Of a DNA stretch of 64,000 nt, positions 58,854 through 64,000 are shown in pieces (the stretch's first letter is position 1; the number at the start of each line of letters is the position of its first letter). Under the pieces are notes generated by a model, which saw nothing but the letters and a program-made list of their open reading frames with translations, did no database searches and had not been told where the DNA came from. The translations under genes and the position numbers were made by a program. This stretch comes from Octopus vulgaris (Eukaryota), in assembly GCA_951406725.2 (NCBI GenBank), contig OX597817.1:137950001-138014000 (forward strand). Reading direction: 5' to 3'.

Positions 58854-58995
58854 GTAATAATAATAATAACATCGAAAAATACCTTTGGAATCAAGACACC
58901 TGATGAAGGCTGGAGGGTATATCAGCCGAAACGTTGTGTTAACAACAAACAAGATGAGGACAAATATCCGTCAAATGTAAATAATGTAAATAATG
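58678..58995 (+). mobile_element. tRNA-headed SINE carrying a hammerhead ribozyme, preceded by an inverted copy of its own 3' end
   Basis: Inverted tail 58678-58744, A box TGGCGTAGTGG 58743-58753, B box GAGTTCGATTC 58786-58796, (AAT)n, HHR, then (GTAAATAAT)n tail. Imperfect TSD CAGCAATAAT / CAACAATAAT. Confidence 0.85.
58895..58940 (+). ncRNA. Minimal type-I hammerhead ribozyme (intact)
   Basis: GACAC CTGATGA A GGCTG gagggtatat CAGCC GAAAC GTT GTGTT; predicted cut after 58935. Confidence 0.85.
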
Positions 58996-59574
58996 ATCAA
59001 CAATAATATCAACAGCAGCGACACCAACAACAACAACAACAAAATAAAATCATCAATTTTAACATTTAAATTAGTGGTTCACAGTGCTGGCCTAGCTGTT
59101 AGGGGTACTTGTCTCCCCTTCGCAAATATAAGGACACAGGAAATGTGTCAAAGCCGACAGGAAGCATCGATGCTTCCTAGGGCTAAATAGCGGTGATGTG
59201 ATTCCCTTTACGGGACTGTCACGTTAAGTTGACAGTATACCAGCGCTCTATCGTTCGACCGCCGCTCATATCTCTCTGAGGTATTTAGAAATTTAATATT
59301 TCTAATCACAACTTTTTGTTTTTTTACCTATTATGATTTTGATTTTCTTCCGCTGGACCTTAAGAAAAACATTTCTATTATTTTTTTGTTTTATTTTTGT
59401 TTTTTTGTTTTTTTATATTAGGAATTGTATTTAAAAATGGGTTTAAAATATTTGGTGTATTGTAAAAGTAGGAGCAATTTATGGCTCGTAAATATTAAGA
59501 TAACATCTTATATGGACACCCCCGAGGGTGATGTAGACGCTGGTTGAGAAGCAGTGGACTAAATGAATAAAACA

Positions 59575-59853
59575 TCAACAGCAATAACTACTACAACAAC
59601 AACAACAACCACATCACCAGTAACCTGGTCAATCACAGCACCAACAACAGAAGTAACATCGACAACATCGAAAATAACAATAATAACAACATCAATCAAT
59701 ATCAACAACAACAACAACGACAACAGTAAACACAGAAAGAAGAAGGAGGAGGAGGAGGAGGAGGAGGAAGAGGAGGAGGTGATGGTGATGATGGTGGTGG
59801 TGGTGGTGGTGGTAGTGGTGGCGTCGGTGGTGGTGGTGGTGGTGGTGATGATG

Positions 59854-59885
<32 letters not shown>

Positions 59886-60065
59886 GATGATGGTGATGAT
59901 GATGCTGAAGAAAAAGAAGAAGAAGAAGAAGAAAAAGAAGAAGAAGACGAAGACGAAGAAGAAGAAGAAGAAGAAGAAGAAGAAGAAGAAGAAAAAGAAG
60001 AAGAAGGAGGAGAAGAAGAAGAAGATGAAGAAGAACAACTGCAACAACCAAAACAACAACCACAT
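59575..60065. repeat. Compound trinucleotide microsatellite (CAA, GAG, GGT, GAT, AAG)
   Basis: Seen directly; similar compound tracts at 4620-4815 and 55730-55990. Confidence 0.95.
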
Positions 60066-60524
60066 TAATGGCAAAAGTCTTTCTTTCTCTCTTTCTTTCT
60101 CTCTCCCTCTCCCTCTCTCTTTCTCTCTCTCACTCTCAAACAATATTTGCCATTATTATGAATCTGTTTTGGTTACAGTTTTTGTTGTTGTTGTTGTTGT
60201 TAATTATGTCAGTGTTTGTTATCGATATTTATTACTTGGATTTATATTACAAATAATATCAAAATCAATAAATGTTGTTTATTTATTGCATGTCATATTA
60301 TAATACCTTTTATGAAGATATCACATCGCTTTTTGTTTCTTTCACTTTCACTTTCCGTTTTATTTTCGTCCTTATATCTGCTGCACTTGATATATTTATT
60401 ACTCTTGTTGCTGTTGTTGTTGCTGTCGTTCTTGTTGTTGTTGTTGTTGTTTTGTTTTGTTGTTGCCACTGATGTTTTTATTTGCTATTAGCCTTATCAA
60501 ACGGATCCGTTTTTCATTTTCCAG

Positions 60525-60611
60525 CACGGCTTCCATAAATCGAGACACTGCAACAAGCCAGTCAGAGAGAAGGGACTCATCCATCACGGCAACTATATGA
60601 AACCCATTTAA
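60525..60611 (+). CDS. Candidate terminal exon
   Basis: Strong acceptor GTTTTTCATTTTCCAG. Phase 2 gives [24 protein letters not shown] (60600); phase 0 gives [28 protein letters not shown] (60611). Unique island between microsatellites. Confidence 0.4.
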   Translation, partial: HGFHKSRHCNKPVREKGLIHHGNYMKPI

Positions 60612-60770
60612 ACATCAGATGTCTGCTGCTAAACACACACGACAAAACGACCGCAGTAAAAACCGCGCATACTTTGGACAACATCATTATTTATGCATTT
60701 ATGTGTATACTTGTGTGTATGAGTGGTTGTGTGTTTGTGTGTTTGTGTATCCATATATATATATATATAC

Positions 60771-60820
<50 letters not shown>

Positions 60821-60883
60821 ATATATATATATATACATATACATATATATGGATATTCCATATATATATGGATATATATATAT

Positions 60884-60931
<48 letters not shown>

Positions 60932-61992
60932 GTATGTTATATTTTTATATTTTTCTAGTTTATACAATTCTATTTGAGTATATTTCTTTCTTTTTTTCAT
61001 ATTTTAGCTGTGATTGATGTTTATAACCAATGAGAAGAATCGCTTCCAATATTCGTTGGTATCTTTCATAATACTTTATATATGGAAATGGTTCTTCCGC
61101 TTGGTTGGTTCCTCTAAGACCAATGTAGAAACTGGAGACTTAGGGGTCTCTGTGTTTGTACATTGGTATCGAGGAGGTCCAAAGACAATGAGAAGGGAAT
61201 CGATTTATAAAGTAATCTTAATTGGGATTAATGTGAGTGAGTGAGGGACGGACGGAGGGACGGATGGAGGGAGAGAGTGAGAGAAAAAGAAGAAGGATAG
61301 AACGAGGAAGAAAGAAAGAGAGAGAAAAAGAGAGCTTGAGAGAGAGAGAGAGGGGGTGGGAACGTGAAGCAACAGAAACAAAGAGATAGATAAGGGCTTG
61401 AAAGAAGGGAAACATGCATTAAATGAAAGGGAAATTGTGTAAATAAATGAAAGTGAAGCTGGTTGGACGGGGGGAGTGGGCGGAATACGCGCACACACAC
61501 ACACACACACACACAATGGTGGTTATTTAAATGTACTTATATGAATGATCGTATATGTGTGCGCGTGTTTGTGTGTGTGTGTGCGTGTGAATGTGTCTCC
61601 ATGTGTACGTGCGTCAATAAGTGTATGTCTATATTTCTCAATAAGTGTGTGTGTGTGTCTCTGTGTATGTGTAAATGTCTCTATACGAGTGTATGAATAT
61701 GTATGCATGATGTGTATGCATGTGTTTCAGGATATATACATGTTCCTCTTTATGTGTATGTATATGTGTGTGTGTCTTCCTAAGTGTGTATGCATTTCGT
61801 ATACATGGATGCTTCTCATTATGCTTTGAGCCTTAATGTGTGTGCAAGTACTTCAGTATATGTCTATATACCTCGCCAGGTATGTGTTTCGGTATATGAG
61901 TGTGTGTGTGTCATTGTGTGTCTATCTTTCTTACAGTGTGTGTGCATGTGTGTGTGTGCGTGCGTGTGTGTGCGTATGTGTGCGTGCGTGTG

Positions 61993-62039
<47 letters not shown>

Positions 62040-62371
62040 ACCTGCCACTATATGCAGTCTTGTGTGATCCTGTTTGATATTCAAATACAGAATTTTTCCA
62101 ACATAACAACGAACACTTAAACATTCCTAATCTTGAGACGAATAAAGATTACAAATCGCTCCTTATCTCCTTATCTCTCCTTCTCTCCTTCTCTCCCCTC
62201 TCTCTCAATTTATGTATGTATATGCATTCACACACGCACATACATACGTACATACATATATATATATACATAAGTAATTATTTATTTATCTACTACGTAC
62301 CTATATATGCATCTACCTGCGTATTTATATATGTCTCTATGTATCAACTTGCCTACTATCAATATATACAG

Positions 62372-62561
62372 AATAATTATTATTAAAATTATAACTTAGA
62401 ATATCTAAGGGATTCTAAGACGCTGGAAATAGCAGCCAAAACGTGACTCTAAAACCACATTAAATGAACATTTAAAGTGGCTTTAGCGTCAAGTTTTGGC
62501 TGCTATTTCCAGCGCGGGTATCTCTTAGATACCCTAAATTATAATTTTAATAATAATTATT
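62372..62561. repeat. Palindrome with arms of about 93 bp
   Basis: CGCTGGAAATAGCAGCCAAAAC / GTTTTGGCTGCTATTTCCAGCG; centre TAAATG AA CATTTA. Confidence 0.9.
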
Positions 62562-62627
62562 ACCTTTGAAGGTTTTTATTCCCATGCTGACCATCTGATA
62601 AGATCGGTATTTAAGTAACGATCTTAT

Positions 62628-62685
<58 letters not shown>

Positions 62686-62770
62686 ATAAAAGTTTTGGCT
62701 GCTATTTCTAAAAAGTTCGGTGTGTGGTAAAGTAAATTATTTTACTGAACCCTATTTTTATAACATATAT

Positions 62771-62813
<43 letters not shown>

Positions 62814-62850
62814 GAGACACACACACATATATATATATATATGTACACAG

Positions 62851-62917
<67 letters not shown>

Positions 62918-62921
<4 letters not shown>

Positions 62922-63015
62922 TAATCCAAACAAGAAAACAAAAAAAAACACAACAACGCAAGGACGTGGAACAAATAAAGTATTATTGGACGCTCAGGAA
63001 AGAAGGGAAGAAGGA

Positions 63016-63021
<6 letters not shown>
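62918..63021 (-). mobile_element. Short copy of the ACGCTCAGG hammerhead family, within (TA)n
   Basis: TTAATCCAAAC..AAAACAAAAAAAA..ACAACAA..GTATTATT.GGACGCTCAGGAAA, shared with 36140-36235 and 29417-29509. Confidence 0.75.
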
Positions 63022-63062
<41 letters not shown>

Positions 63063-63299
63063 CACGCGCACACATTGTGTGTATATTAAGTGTATATTGT
63101 AATTATATGGATAAATATTTCTCAATTATATCAAACACAGTCTATTTGTGTAAAGTGATTAGCGATTAGCGAGAGGGATTAATGAAAGTGAAAGAAAATA
63201 GATCTACAGCGATAAGATATTAAATTAGAAGCTGGGGGATTAAGAATCAAATCAAATTGCATATATATGGATATGTACACACACACAACACACACACAT

Positions 63300-63359
<60 letters not shown>

Positions 63360-63957
63360 ACACACAGAAGGATTGCTATGTTTTAGGATTTGTGTATGTG
63401 AGAGAGTTGCGTGTTTAAATACCTATAAATGTCTATCGCAACTTCAAACTATTAGGATTCCGTCACCTTCGTCAGAAGTAGGGTCACTTGCTCACCTATC
63501 AGATCGCAATTTCATTTATATGTTTTGTTGTTGTTGTTTTTTTAATGATAATCCGGCCATCTTAACTGCCGGTTCGTGCTGCGCTATCCGCTTTATACGA
63601 CAATGGAAAATATCGCAGAACTTTTCAGAATGTCACCCCGGTATCCATGGACACGCCGATGTATATAGGGGTGAAATATTTCAACAACTATTGATCAAAA
63701 ACTATAAGTGTTGTGCTTGTGGTTGTTGTAGGTGCTATATGTCCCAATATATTTAATATTGTCACGTGGTACATGATATCCGAGAAGTAAACAATGGATA
63801 AAGATAGGCATCTCCTCAATAAACAACAATATTTGTGAACCATTAGCAATTAAATTGTCCAGCATATTATAGTCCAAGTGCTTATGTGCGTGGCCATGTG
63901 TGTATAGTATACATAATCAAATATAATTATTTATACATATTTATGCATATACATATG

Positions 63958-63988
<31 letters not shown>

Positions 63989-64000
63989 TTATATGTGCAT

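Overview
AT-rich eukaryotic (animal) DNA, very rich in microsatellites ((TA)n, (CA)n, (GATA)n, (CATA)n, (AAT)n). The SINE, LINE and microsatellite make-up resembles an Octopus (coleoid cephalopod) genome; this is an inference from repeat content. Most ORFs in the track are microsatellite artefacts. Real content: decayed LINEs (CR1-group, RTE, Tx1/L1, HERO-like, R4/NeSL-like), two Penelope-like element (PLE) ORF remnants, Tc1/mariner and hAT relics, a probable LTR, many tRNA-derived SINEs, and a few small plus-strand candidate exons from the 3' end of an unidentified host gene. The main signal is at least 11 minimal type-I hammerhead ribozyme (HHR) motifs in about five unrelated non-coding repeat families, mostly in Penelope-style tandem or inverted insertions at microsatellites. 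These include a tRNA-headed SINE carrying a HHR, a 480-nt tandem plus permuted-inverted HHR unit, and one copy that ends exactly at the predicted self-cleavage site. All folds and alignments were done by eye, and element boundaries are approximate.
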